DNA from: Ginglymostoma cirratum
Lineage: Eukaryota
Reading direction: 5' to 3'
DNA: 64,000 nucleotides
Assembly (NCBI GenBank): GCA_024137785.1
Contig: JAHRHZ010000062.1
Span: forward strand, 36,751,424-36,815,423
How positions within the stretch are numbered: the first letter of the stretch is position 1; every line of letters begins with the position of its first letter. Positions 1-13,140 of the stretch are shown one piece after another. Under the pieces are notes generated by a model. It saw only the letters and a list, made by a program, of their open reading frames with translations. It did not search any database and was not told the origin of the DNA. The translations under genes and the position numbers were made by a program.

Positions 1-72
1 CTTACAGCACAAAAATTGACAAGACTGATGCCATAACTTTTGTCCCACTGAAAACTACATTTCCTGATTCCT

Positions 73-514
73 AGATAGTAAGAACTGCCGATGCTGGAGT
101 CAGAGATAACAGTGTGGATCTGGATGAACACAGCAGACCAGGCAGCATCAAAGGAGCAGGAAAGCTGATGTTTCAGGTTGGGACCCTTCTTCAGAAATCG
201 GGGAGGGGAAGGGGCCTCTGAAATGAATAGAGTGAGGGGGGGGTGGGGCTGGCGAAGGTAGTGGGATGGCGATAGGTGAGTGCAGGTAGGTAGTGGTGGG
301 GATTGGTCAGTGAGGTAGGAGGAGTGGATAGGTGGGAGAGAAGATGGACAGGTCAAAGAGGCGAGAATGGGAGGGAGGGTTGGTCTTGGGATGAGGACAT
401 TTTGAAGCTAGTAAAGTCCACATCGAGATCATCAGGCTGTAGGCTGTCAAGGCGGAATACGAGGTAATGCTCCTCCAGTTTCTAGGTGGCGTCATTGTGA
501 CACTGGATTTTCTC
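73..514 (-). mobile_element. Penelope-like element 3' fragment (end of GIY-YIG region, tail, decayed hammerhead)
   Basis: Reverse complement resembles the 3' part of the element at 31718-33172. Decayed hammerhead at 167-194. Flanked by a 13-bp TSD, tttcctgattcct (60-72) / tttcccgattcct (515-527). Confidence 0.85.
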
Positions 515-751
515 TTTCCCGATTCCTGTTTTTTGCCTCTGCCCTCACATCACTAGATTCTCATTCAAAATGGGCCTTGAGCGGAGCCTCAAACTTTTTT
601 TTTTGGCATCATGACTGCATATTTTCACCTACTGCACTTATCTCATCTACTATATCCACATCCTTGATGCTTCTGAAGTTGTCTTTTTTCCTACTACTCA
701 CCCAAGTTTCACCTTATAAAAGCTTCAAGTTTACTACTCAAATCCAAAGTT

Positions 752-1175
752 ACATAGAGTGAATCAGCATGGAAACAGACCCTTCAGTCCAACTCGTCTG
801 TGCTGACTAGACATCCCTATCTGACCTGGTCTCATTTGTTAGCATTTGTTCCATATCCCTCTAAACCCTTCCTATTCATATACCCTTCCAGATGACTTTT
901 AAATGTTGATGGTAACCATGATGTGGGGGTGCCTGTGGACTGTAACCTGGTATTGTGTGACTTCTGACTTTTAAACGTTGTGATTGTACCACCTCCACCA
1001 CTTCCTCTGGCAGCTCATTCCACACACACACCACCCTCTGCATGAAAATGTTGCCCCTCAGGTCCTTTTTAAATCTTTTTCCACTTAACGTAAATCTCTG
1101 CCCTCTAGTTTTGGACTCACCCACCCTATTAAAAAGACCTTGGCTATTTAGCCTATCCACACCCTTCATGATTTT
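752..1175 (-). mobile_element. CR1 LINE 3' end (ORF2 C-terminus and 3' UTR)
   Basis: ORF 876-1169 reads GLFNRVGESKTRGQRF..KRFKKDLRGNIFMQRVVCVWNELPEEVVE, a typical CR1 ORF2 C-terminus. Interrupted by a 56-bp insert at 909-964. Confidence 0.9.
909..964. mobile_element. 56-bp Penelope-tail micro-insertion with inverted structure
   Basis: 16-bp TSD tgacttttaaa(t/c)gttg at 893-908 and 965-980. The content matches the tail of the 46690-47200 element, partly inverted and partly direct. Confidence 0.7.
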
Positions 1176-1659
1176 TCCTGTTTAAAAATCATCCTGATCC
1201 ATGTTCACATCCATTATCTTCCTGTGCCTCAGTGCATTGATTATAGCATCCATAGCCTTATCCTCAAATCTCCTCCTTGCAATAGCCTTCCCTACATTGC
1301 AATGTCTTCAGTCTAGTTCCCTACTCTCAGTGTTCTTTTTGGTGGACACTCCTATACTCTTACACTACTAAGAGTTACGGAGCCCCACTCTCTGGAATAT
1401 TCTCCCACATATCTTTGTCTTCTGCATCGTCAAAATCTTCCTTACCATCGCCTTCCTAAAGGTCCTCTTCTTTCACAGGTCTTGCATCCAGTGGGGAGCA
1501 CCTTGGTGTGGTTTGATGTTGAAAGCTTCTGTGCAAAAACTTGCTATTATTGTTGTTGCCCACTTACTACATAACGCATACATGTAAATACCTTTCACTT
1601 CACAGAGTATCCTAATATATTTTTCAGTAATCTCTTGCTTTTTAAATATTGCCACAATT

Positions 1660-2080
1660 GTTGCTTTTTTAACAAATGTGGCCATACATTTGTGCAGGTA
1701 ACCTTTTACAAATAGCAAAGAGCTGAATAACGGTTAATCAGTTTTGATGCCTGCTGCTTAGGAAAGACAGTTTCACATCATACGCAGAGAATTCACAACA
1801 ACAGACTGCACGGGAGAAGGCGTTTAGCCCAACAAGTCTGTGTCAGCCTGTGTAAGGGCCATTCAGTTCATTCCCCTTGCCCACTGTTTCCACATAACCC
1901 TTCCACTTCTTTGAAAAAATGGCACAGGACCTTTAATGGACGGCAAAGCCTTGGGTTAACATCTCAACCAAAGGACTACACCAACAAAACAGCACTCCCC
2001 CAGTATGGACTTGTCAACTGAGATTTAACATTCAAATTTACAGTACAGCATGAAGGTACAACCTTCTGATTCAATGACCC
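1660..2080 (-). mobile_element. Old DeuSINE-like SINE interrupted by a CR1-type tail (about 1800-1910)
   Basis: Diverged similarity to the 4190-4522 copy (cagcactccccagta... and ...caaccttctgattca). Confidence 0.4.
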
Positions 2081-2516
2081 TGAAACAACTGGTATTTGTA
2101 AATTTGTAAAGACCTACAGAATTCAGTTTCCTTGGTGAGCTGACAAGCAGATGCAAACTGACAAAGTCCCTCGGTGATGCTGTTCATTGTCAATCTTGCT
2201 GGCATTGGGTTTAAAGAGGTACTTGAAATATAATGATGGTCACAGTCTTGCTGAGAAAATAAATTTGACTTGACATTTAAATCACTTGAGAGAAGACCTT
2301 TCGATGTCCTCTGAAACAAGTGCATTCCTTACAGCTTATGTTATCCTTCTGTCTCTTGTGTAGGGCACGTAAGACAGCACAATCAAATAGAACAGATTCC
2401 AAATAGATAATAACACTCAAAGAAGGATAAAAATTACACAAGTAAACCAAATTTACACGAATGCCTGTCATGAAAAATTTTAGGTACTAATAATTTTTGG
2501 GCGAATGATACTTAAT

Positions 2517-2738
2517 TGCAAAATTCTGGTACTAAACCAGAAACAAGACTGCCCATCGTGACAGAACGGACCATATAAATTCGGAGCGGGACAGAACAAC
2601 AGCACTTCAATAGAGGCTACACAGCACTGACAATGTCACCTAGAGGGAGACGAAACGTTTGCATGACAACCAGTCAGCTCGGCGAACCAACGAACAACTC
2701 CAACCGCAACCCGAGCTACAGATCTCTTAAAACATTAA
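2517..2738 (+). mobile_element. Short Penelope-tail insertion (distinct family) with degenerate hammerhead
   Basis: CTGACAA-t-gtcacc-tagag-ggagac-GAAACGTT at 2627-2659, with stem I gca/tgc. 9-bp TSD atacttaat at 2508-2516 and 2739-2747. Confidence 0.7.
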
Positions 2739-3869
2739 ATACTTAATCTTGACTATTCCTGTCAGCATTTTTGAAATGACAGGCTCCTCAGATTCATGTT
2801 TCTCTGATATTCAAATCTATTTTAGGGAGCGCAGTTAACACTTACAGTTTTAAAAAATTAAATCGCCCTTATGCACATTTCTGCTTACTGAGGTTACAAC
2901 TGGTTAAAAATAACAGCTGGAGGTGAGGCATGCAGTGCAAGGCTAACTGTCAAATGACCCCTGTGAAATACTTTATGCATGGTGCATATTCTGGCTCAGT
3001 GCTGCGTTTTTAAATTCAGCAAAAAGAAAATTGCGCAATGATTGAGGCAGGATTGCACATTGCTATTTTTCCATTCTGTAATGATTCCATTACTAAGGTT
3101 TCAATCTGTTAAGCTTTCCCCTCAATTGTTAACTTCAGATTATGTTTATTCCTTTGCATTCAACTGTCTTTCGAGTAAACCCACAAGTGATGGCTTAACA
3201 TCGAAGCACTGGCACATCAAAACCAAAGATTTAAAAAAAATTAACAATCCACACTTGGCCAACATTCAACCTCACTTTGGTGATGCTGGTCACAGAGTTA
3301 CAGGATTGAAAAGTTTGCAGATGCTGTGTGCTCTGACTCTAGAGAATTGCGATGGAAAGTGTTGCAACCAGATCAGCTTGCCCTACACAAACATATCTTC
3401 TGGTAGTTTATTGACGCTAGTAACTGTGGTAATTACTGTGGGCTAGACCATATTAAGAGGTAAAATTGCTTATGGTAGATGGCAACAGCTGCAGTGGCAA
3501 ATATTGTAACAAATCTAAAAGAAATTAAAAGGATATAAGTGATAGATGAATAAATAGTAACATTTCACCTCTAATTTACTATTGCAAAGCAGCTTCATAC
3601 AATTGTAAATTGAACATTTTCTCGCCTTGCAAATGTACTTGGAAGCAGTCTTGAATGGACAATCTTTCCACGTGAATGAAAAATTGTTTTGTGAATTTCA
3701 GCAATAGCTATTGTGGCAATAAGTAGGGGAATAAAATCAGATGAAAGCTTTCAGAGTTTGCAGCTCCCTCTGTGCATCTGAATTAAATATCATTCTATTA
3801 CTCACCCCCAACTATTTGCTATTTCTTAACTAACTCATAAATAGACTGAAACGTAGCTACTGTTGTAAT

Positions 3870-4187
3870 ATAGAATTAGAATTCCTACAGTGTGGAAACA
3901 GGCCCTTTGACCCAACAAGTCCACACTGACCCTTGGAGCATCCTACCCAGAGCCATCTCCCTAGAACCCACACACCCCTGAACACTATGGGCAATTTAGC
4001 ATGGCCAATCCACCTAGCCTGCACATCTTTGGACTGTGGGAGGAAACCGGAGCACCCAGAGGAAACCCACGCAGACACAGGGAGAATGTGCAAACTGCGC
4101 ACAGACAGTCGCCGGAGGCTAGAATTGAACCCAGGTCCCTGGTGCTGTGAGGCTGCAGTGCTAACCACTGAGCCACTGTGCTGCCCC
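3870..4187 (-). mobile_element. HE1-type V-SINE, near full length
   Basis: tRNA-derived head (A box tggctcagtgg, B box ggttcaattc), V-domain gtgggtttcctctgggtgctccggtttcctcccacagtccaaag, and a CR1-derived tail. Confidence 0.9.
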
Positions 4188-4189
4188 AG

Positions 4190-4522
4190 GGAAAACAGCA
4201 GCTAACTTGCACAAGGCAAGCTCAAATACAGCAATGAGATAATGACCAGATAATCTGTGATGTTGACTGAGGGATAAAACTTAGTCAGTACACTAGGATA
4301 ACTACCTTGATTTTCCTCGAATAGGACTGTGCAATCTTTTATGCCCATCCAACAGGCAAATGGGAACTTGATCTATTGTTTTATCCAAAAGACAGTGCTA
4401 CAAAAGTGCAGTGCTTCCTCAGTACCGCAATGTAGCATCAGAATTCATTTAGGTGCTTAAATTCCGAATGGAAATTGACCCAGAACCATGTGACTCAGAG
4501 GTGGAGGTGTGCCAACTTAGCC
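4190..4522 (-). mobile_element. DeuSINE/SacSINE1-like SINE
   Basis: The minus strand has a tRNA-like head followed by tatccctcagtcaacatcacagattatctggtcattatctcattgctg, resembling the Deu-domain SINEs of sharks. Confidence 0.55.
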
Positions 4523-6689
4523 GTAATTTACAGAATTATCAGAAGTCTTTTGTTTCCTATCTTTAATTACAGCAAGGAATCCATCGTTTTATGCCTGCCA
4601 TTTCAATTACTCTTTTGCTGTTATTAGTCAACTCATACTTTCTGTATGTTTTCAGTTCTCATGAATAGTATGACTGAAATACTCTTAGCACAAGTCTTTG
4701 GAGCTGCATTTTATGAAACGTGTGCCAGCATAGTGGGCTCAGACTATAAATTTACCCCTCTACATAAAAATGCAATTGCCATTATGAACTGGATAAATAA
4801 TTTCTTTCTGCTGCATTTTCCTCCAGTGCCAAATCTGAAACAGTGTATTCACCAATCTGATGGGCATGTAAGCCTCAAGTGATACTGGAAATGGAGTGAG
4901 TGATCAGAACAATGCATTTTTTGAAAGTGAACAGAAATCTGATGATACCATTGGTTGATGTGCTCACCATACATAGTATTTATGCACTGGAATGATGAAC
5001 CGTCTGAGATTCCATATCACTGCTGACTGACATTAGCCTACTTTGCATTACAACCTTACAATGGTAAATTGAAATATTGAAACATTTTCTATTAACATAA
5101 AAGGGCAGACTTAAAGGATTATAGAATCGTAATAATAAGGCTGTAATACAGAAGGAGTGGCTTTTGCCCAACATACCTACATTAGGTCTTTGAAAAAAAA
5201 CTGTCCAATTTTCCATTTTGTCTCGCTCCTTTACATTTTCCCCATAGGTCTCTCAATGGGTCACCGTCAACTAATGATTCAATTCCCTTTTGAAAGTTAT
5301 TATTGTATTTACTTCAACATCCTTTCAGGTAGTGCATTCCAGATTGTAACAGCTTGCTGCCTAAAATAAACTTTCATGTTACTTCTGGTTTTATTGTCAA
5401 TTGTTTGTCTGTACCATCTCATTGTTGATAAATCTATCTTTGGAAACAATTTCTCATGCATTCTATCAAGCTCCTCAAGAACATTTTGATTAAATGTCCC
5501 CTTAGCCTTCCGTTCTGGAATAAGGGCAAACCTAGTTTCACTTGCCTCATTCCTTCAAATCTGAAATGTATTGTTCATATTAAATGTAATACTCTAACCC
5601 CCCACTACCCTGTCCGCCTCACCCTCAAGTTCTGATGCGTGCCAGGAATTTCTCCCAGTGTGCAACATTCAGGACAGGTTATTGACCATAGAACTGGTTA
5701 AACCATTGGTATTTGACTTCATTGAAGCTAGCTTTTACAGAAATCCTGAAGACAGCATGCCGTCAGCATTCCAAACAGGGCAGAATTCCGATCTTTTATC
5801 AGTAGATCAGATGATTTCAAGTGCAGCTCCCAAGACATTTGAAAGGACATCAATTTAATTCTTGAAACATGAGATTCTTTCACCCAGAATGCTGCTCCCA
5901 ACTGTTGTTGTTTTGACAGGGTGTGCAATGATAAATGAGAAGAAAAACCTCAGGCAAGAAAGGAATTCAAATTGAATAATTGATCAACTGAATATTAGGA
6001 ATAACGCCGAAGGGTACATGTTAAAATTCACCATTCAGCTATCCCAAATAGATTGAAAGTCTTGAAGTGTCGACCTTGTCACATGTTATACAATAGGAAT
6101 GCTGAGACAGGAAAAGTTGCCTCAAATTTCAGACTTGCTGAGCAGCTGGAGATTGGGCCTGACACAATTTTGAAATCATGAAGCTATGTGAAAATGAACA
6201 GTGAGTATTTTACAAATATATTCTTTACACATGTTCCATTTAAATCAAAAAATAATTTCTGTAGATTCTACCATACAAATGAAAATAAATACATGCACAT
6301 TTAATGTCAAAGAGCAGAGTTAAATAGCTAGATCATTACAGAGCATGCACACAAATAACAATGTCCTGCAACAAGACATCTGCTAAGAGAAGATTTGCTT
6401 TAAAAGGAATTCCATATTGGTGGAAGGGACCTGGGACACGTAAGCACACAAGATGCCAGGTGCCTAGTTCATGGTACCACAGCCCTGATGGGAAAAGTGT
6501 ATTGGGCATCAAACCACAAAATTTAATGGAATAGTCACAAATGTGAGATATGACCTATTTAATCACTAGGATGGTTAATGTCTGATTGCAACTACTATCT
6601 AAGACAAAAAAAAAAGAGAGAGACTCACACCAGGTTTCATCCATGGACAAGAAAACAAAAACATATTTATTAAATCAAATTATTCTCTA

Positions 6690-7131
6690 CCAGGATGTTT
6701 CCTGGCACGGGGCATTTTACCTACGAAGAAAGGTTGGATAGACTGGGTTTGTTTTCACTGGAACGTAAGAGGTTAAGGGGCGACCTGATAGAAGTTTAAA
6801 AGATTGTGAATGGCATGGATAGAGTAGAAAGTATGAGGCTTTTTGCTGGGGTGAAGGGGTCAATTACTAGGGGACACAGATTCAATGTGTGGGTGTGAGG
6901 AGCCAGGTTTTTCATACAAACGGTGGAGAGTGCCTGGAACGCGCTGCCAGAGAAGGTGGTGGAAGCAGACACAACTGCAGCATTCAAGAAGCACCTGGAC
7001 AAATACATGAATAGGAAGGGAATAGAGAGATCCTGCAAGTGAAGGCAGTTTTAGTATAGAAGGGCAAAATGTGTCGGCGCGGGCTTGGAGGGCCAAAGCG
7101 CTTGTTCCTGAGCTGTATTGTTCTTTGTTCT
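6690..7131 (+). mobile_element. CR1 LINE 3' end
   Basis: Translates [25 protein letters not shown]..., then V(E)SAWNALPEKVVEA. 3' UTR ends in a tgttct repeat tail. Confidence 0.9.
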
Positions 7132-8049
7132 TAAAATGTGAAAAAAAAATGATATTAATTAGTAATTTGCAAACTTAAACTATACCTCATTTGAATCCAA
7201 CCATGCACACATTCATTCACTAGTTGGATGGACGGGACAGATGTGCCAGACAGTTTTGCAGGAATATCAAAGGTGAACAATATAGGTGTAAAAAGGAACA
7301 AATTCGAGATCGTGGGTTCAAACCACAATTGAAAGTATGATAACATTTTCAAGTTATTAAAAAAAAAACTCGTGCTTTCTCTACACTACAGCAATCCAAA
7401 CTTTAATTTTCTAATTTATATTGAAAATAAAATGTGATCCTTACAACTAATTGAATTCAGATAGTTGTGAAATCAAAATCAACCCTTGATTCTTACAAAC
7501 ACACACGAGCATCATCCTTGTGATGATTGGAGACATGGTCCAACGTTTTGCTAGTTTGTTGGAGACAGACTGGAGGGTAGAAGGGTGGGGAATTTGCAGG
7601 GAAAAGTGTCAGAAGTGAAGCTTGATGTATTCATGAGGGCAGGGAGTATTTCCAGAGGTGATTTCCTAACCTATTGGTACTATTTCAGTCAATGGGAATG
7701 GGTCAGCAGTCCCAAAATGGAAACTGGATCATAGGGCTGATAAAGTGAAAAAGGGGATGGAGGGCAAAAAAGGGGGACACAACACTTTCTCGTACAGAGA
7801 AGATGATACCTGCCTGGGAGGCTTATCCGACACTGGTTCTGCTTCCTGCAGATTCCAGAACAGCAATGCTTTTCTCCAGGGATACGATGAATACACAGTG
7901 CATTATGATGGAGCAATATGAAGCAATAGCCATGTAAATGACAATGGTCTAATAATCAGTTGTCAGGGGTTGATTAACTACATAGATTTCTTTACTTAGA
8001 ATAGTTAAGTATATTACAAGTCATGCAACAGACACTGAAGCAAACCAAA

Positions 8050-8320
8050 TACATTGAAGGACAAGGAGAGCAGATACATGGGAACATCATAACCAGCAAG
8101 TTCCCCTTCAAGCCACTCACCATCCTGATTTGGAACTATATCACTATTCCTTCACTGTCACTGGGTCAAAATCCTAGAATTCCCTCTGTAAGAGCATTGT
8201 GGGTTAACCTACACAACGCGGACTGCAGTCCTTCAAAATTTATCTCACCATTACCTTCTACCGTTGGGCAATAAATGCTGGTCATCCAGTTACACCCACT
8301 TCCAATGAGTGAATTAAATA
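8050..8320 (+). mobile_element. CR1-group (L2/Crack-like) LINE 3' fragment
   Basis: Same family tail as 56385-57930 (tgggaacatcataaccagcaagttcccct ... gggcaataaatgctgg). Confidence 0.7.
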
Positions 8321-10063
8321 ATAGTGAATTTATGAATCTCTATAAACAGATAGGTAATGTGCTAATAAGGTCAGATCTCAGGATGGTGGTGAGCTAGTTG
8401 TGCCATTGTCACAGCCATTATTTTTGTTTTGTTTGTCATTCCTGTTTGTGTTGTGAAATTTTTCTTTCAAGGACTGCACTGGCCCCAGAATTTGCTCGCC
8501 TTGATGCACTGCCACTAGGCTTTGTTTTAGATTAGGTACTGGTTGATCTCCTTCCTCAAACTGTTTCGGATGGTTCAAATCATTTTGGTTTTTACTCTTT
8601 TTTTCCCTTAAGATCTTCCAGCTCATTTTGAAGCATTGGTGATACACTCTGGATTCTTCTCGTTCTATCAATGGATTTAGTCATTTTTCAGTCCAGTACT
8701 TTTTCTCCATCACACCCTGCTCCAAATAACTGACCAACCTCTCCAAAGTTTTTTTCCCTATGATCCCTGGACTATGCCCACATATTTTAGCATTTGTTTG
8801 TTTTTACTCTTCCTATTTAATTTCCTTCACAAGAGTATAACTGGCAACATTTATTTCTGTTTCATGAATGTTTTGTAGCTCCTTACATGCTCTGTAAATC
8901 TCCAGCTGTTTTAGCAAGTCTGAAATTTCTCCAGCATTTCTCTGAGATCAACCGTTTGTTTCTGTAGCTGCTTCTGATACACCTGATCTGTTTGTGTGAG
9001 TTGTTCCAGATCTTCTATAAGCTAGCATTTTTTAATTCATTCAATGACACATAGCTAGTAGTTCACCCTGTGTCTTTTTGTCCTCTTTCAGCTTTTCATT
9101 CATCATTGTGAACAGAGATCAGGTATCCCTTAAAAGACATCAGAAAGATGATATTCCCCAAGTTTGGATTCATCCTGAGCTAACTGTTCAGTCTTTTCCT
9201 CTTGAATGTTTATTTTTTCTGTCGACAGAGAATTGAAATTTCAGCTCCATATTCAATTCTTCTTCCATATTCAAATCTGCAGGAGTTTCTTGAATAGTCT
9301 GCTGCAATTTCTGATGCTTGACTGATTCCATGGATTGTGATTAGATTGAGGTCACTGATATATTGGTACCGGTCATAGCAGGTCCAACTGTAGCTGGAAA
9401 ATTTATTGTACCTGCACTCCAACACTATTGATCCAACCCGTGGAAATGGTGAACTGTTAGATGTTGTAAGATGGCACTTGCAAGTTTTTTCAGAGCTTCC
9501 CATGTTTGTGGGTAGGTATTTTAGAATTTGCAGGGATGGTTTATTGGCAGTAGCCCCTGAGTCAATCTTAGCCATTAAGAGTTATAAGTTTTCTGAGGAC
9601 AAATAATTTGAATCTTTGCAATGGACGATATTTACGTTTTCCTAAGACACTAAACAGTGTGAAAAATGTGTTCATCACTGTGTTTCATCGTCAGATTCTG
9701 GTTTGTCAACCACTTCATAGATACAGCTCTGGTGGGATACCGATGATTTTTAAATTGTATTTTGAAGACATTCTGAGTGCAGTATGTTTGGATCAGCACC
9801 CTCCTCTCAACAGCTGTACCATTCTCTCTAGGACATTGCTTTTGCCAATGGCATTTTCTGCCACATGCTTTGCAAAATTTACTGGGAGTAAATCATTTCC
9901 TTCGGTGCATACAGAAATGTCATACCTTTCACATGTCTTGCTACATTTGGGTATTCTAGTGATGTTGTCAACCATTCAGTACATAATTAGGACTTATAAT
10001 CTTTATCAGTGGCTGTTTTATGCCAAGTCTTTAACTCGTCTAGCAAACCTTTCTGGAAAGCCA

Positions 10064-10700
10064 TCTTATAGACCAGACCAACCCACCCCTCAAAATATAT
10101 TAAGAATATAGCCTAGATACTAAAATCTTCTTATTTTAAAGGTAAGTGTCAGGCATTGCATTTCCAGATGCAATTTGATTGGTCAAACCATTCAACTTTA
10201 AACAAAACATACTATTTTTACAGTTCAGTAAAAATACAAAATAAAAAAAGGCTTAACTGTAGCTTGATTGAAATGCTTAACAAAATAGCATATTTATATT
10301 AACTACTACTAATTCACTGTTCTAATATAGTAGCATCCCATAAACACACACTGGGAAAAGGCAGATTCAATAAAATAGATTGTCTCACATGCAATTCTAG
10401 CAACAAGAAGAGAACCCTAGACTTTAGCTGTAACAGAGAGAAGAATAAGAACTTCCACATCCAGCTTGAATACCCCAGCAACTGCAAAAAGCTAAAACTA
10501 AAAATCCTGGTTCTGTAAGAGCTTGACCCCACCCATTCAGGCTGCTTCTATTATTCCAAATTTAATTTTTAAAAAAAGGCCTCACTAGCTGTTTACTTTA
10601 CTGGCTTTGACCAGATCACCCGGCATCTCTGTATCAACCTTTCTTCACAACAAAAAAAAAAAGGACACAATAGATCTCTTAAAGCCAAAGTATCATCTCA
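10064..10700. mobile_element. Solo LTR inserted into the Gypsy gag relic
   Basis: About 640-bp block with decayed TG..CA-like ends (tcttatagacc...tatcatctca) and flanks gcca/gtca. The gag-like reading resumes on both sides. Confidence 0.6.
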
Positions 10701-12014
10701 GTCAGCATGGCGGTGAATAGGATCACCAATTCATAAATTCTACTGACTAGCTCCCCAGATGAAAAGCCACATAAATGAGACCTTTTCTCTGTATGCAATC
10801 ACAAAGTAGTTTATGGGTTCTGTAGGCTTTAGTTTAAATGAAATGATTTCTAGTCATCCAATATGGAAGTGTAATCTGACTTTGAATAAATCTTGATCTT
10901 TTAGCTCTTAGGGTGTTAATTCTTACTTGTTAGGTCTGTGTAGATCTTTGTTCCAAATTACTAAGCAAATCTTAGCAATTTTCCTAATCAATCTGCTCAA
11001 GAGTTTTATAAAATACCAGCAGAGCAGGTGGGAATTAACCTGGATCTCCTGACTCAGAGATAGAGACACTACCATTGTACCACAAGAGCCCTGAAAAACA
11101 AATCTTAAAGGCTTACTTTTCTGTACTGGATAGGTCTGAATCTAGAAACAATATCTCTGAAGCTGTTCAAATAATAAAAATTGTGTTAGGAGGTCTCCCA
11201 ATTCAAATGAGGGACTTTTGTGGCAATTTTGATAAGGTGCCTTTGACGTTCCCTTGTTTGGTCTTCATCTGGCATACTTGCTGATCACTTGCCTTTCTCA
11301 AGTGCGTTGTAATGAACAAAGACCTAAAGGATTGTGTCATGCATTTAGTACAATTTAAAATTGTTGATTGTGTGTTTTGGCTGGAGAATAACTTGTTGAC
11401 TACAATAGGCTCGCAACAATTTCCATTGAAGTTCATCTCCCACATAAATGATAATGACCAAATAATAAGTTGCTTATCAGGGATTGATTAACCCTGTGGG
11501 TTAGTTAGTAAGACACATCGCAAGTTATGAAGCAGACATTACAGCCAACTTTCTGATTTTTGTTTGTGAAGCATGCAAGCTCTCAGCAGACCTGACAGCC
11601 AGGCAGATTTACAGCATAATACACACGCAGTGCACGGAAAATTTAGACTAAAACTTGCTTAAATGCAAGATGTACCTATAATACCCATTGGGTTAAAGAT
11701 TAAAAGTCACATGGCAATAAATTTCAATGCCTCAGGATCATTCAAAGTTGCTTATTCAACAAAAGCATGCCTAATTTGATGGCAGCCTAACTGTCTGTCA
11801 CAGTGCCATAGATTGCCTACAGAATGTGACCAGTCAGTACTGGCTGTGCTGGAGTTACTTTTCGCTGTCTCAGGTACCGCACTGACAGACTGCTATGTAT
11901 CTGCTCGTGCTAATACCTAATACTAACATTTCCACCTATAGCGTGGGCCTCCTCTCCTCCAGGCTCACGTTTATCTTTAGTGATATTTAAGGCTGAAAGC
12001 TTTATATTGTACAC

Positions 12015-12240
12015 AGTACTCACCATTTTCAGAATGTATCAGGCCACTGGTTCTCATCCTGAATTGGAGCTAGGTTGCTTTCCTCATTTGTTATCACAAC
12101 TTGTACCAGTTTCTTTTGATCAACTGGTGTCTTCCAACTGTCCCGAGGAAAAAAGAACATCTCTCTGAGCATTTTACAGTCTTGATAGGCACCTCTAGAG
12201 AGATGTCAGTGAACCTAAGTGGGGCTTTTCCTCTGCTTTG
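12015..12240 (-). pseudogene. Harbinger-type Myb/SANT-like DNA-binding protein relic
   Basis: Minus strand reads APLRFTDISLEVPIKTVK then, after frameshifts, RDVLF..PRDSWKTP, ending at a ggtgagta donor. Resembles the APRFSD.SLE.L..V..RRDVLFP motif of Harbinger Myb/SANT proteins. Confidence 0.5.
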
Positions 12241-12829
12241 TCACTGATGTTGCTGCTTCTGCCTTTAGCAGAGCTTGCCTTTTGGTTCCTCTGGGGCTGC
12301 CTTTAACAGTGCTGCTGATTGTCTTTTAATGATGATGGCAGCAGTCATGTCTTCAGCAGTACTTTCTCCAACCTGTGTCTCCTGACTGACTGGCTCTTCC
12401 ACCTACCAGCTATCAATTGATGGCCGTGAGATGATTGTGCTCTTTCAAGGCACACTTGAGATGTTGATTTTTGTGATTTTGTAGCAATCTGTAAAACTCA
12501 GCCATGGATACAAAAGCAATGTTAGAGTTAATACAAGCACAGAGTCTCCTCTTGCTCTGTGAACAAATTCCCAAACTGCCAAGGATACCTCCCCCTTTCT
12601 ACAGTCCAAGTCAAAGCACATGTCTTCCAGACTATTTCTCATTGAAGTCATGTTTTCCATTTTCCACAGATACTCTAAGCCTAATAATTTATTCTTTCCT
12701 TCTTATTTCACATTTCCAACATTTCTAATAGTTTGCTTTTTTTTGTATTGTCTAGACTCTCTTAGATTATACAATCAATATTGTGGGCTTGACTTAAATA
12801 TATCATCCAGGCTCACATCCATGTGTGGA

Positions 12830-13140
12830 AATGTTATTTCATAAAAGTACTGTCCTTTGTTTGAGGCATTAAATTGGAGTTCTGAAGTCTATCTATTTAG
12901 ATATTAAAGACATTGTGACAGTATTTGAAGAGGAGTAGTGAATTCGCCCACAAATTCCACCTCAAGCATTACACCATAAACCCTAATCAAGCATCTAATT
13001 AGTATTTGTGGATAATGTAGATTATTGTAGATAATTGTAGATAATGACTGCTGAGTGTGTCTATGTAGCAATGATCACTAAACTGCAAAAGATACTGTGT
13101 GAAATACTTTAAAATATTTTGACAAGCTAAGACATTATGT
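12830..13140 (+). mobile_element. Old DeuSINE-like SINE fragment
   Basis: Diverged similarity to the reverse complement of 4190-4522. Confidence 0.35.

Larger units (their letters stand above)
7930..11545 (-). mobile_element. Decayed Ty3/Gypsy LTR retrotransposon (gag, zinc knuckle, protease; RT/IN not recognisable)
   Basis: Minus strand: gag-like GFSSGELVSRIYELVI near 10720-10770, resuming as AFQKGLLDE at about 10060; CKACGRKCHWQKQC (CX2CX4HX4C) at about 9833-9875; protease-like KIDSGATAN at about 9545-9570. Diverged direct repeats at about 7930-8040 and 11441-11545 may be LTR remnants. Confidence 0.7.

Noticed and set aside
4110-4187. tRNA-like A and B boxes (also at about 21320-21395 and 33860-33920)
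   Set aside because: These are SINE heads continuous with SINE bodies, not tRNA genes.
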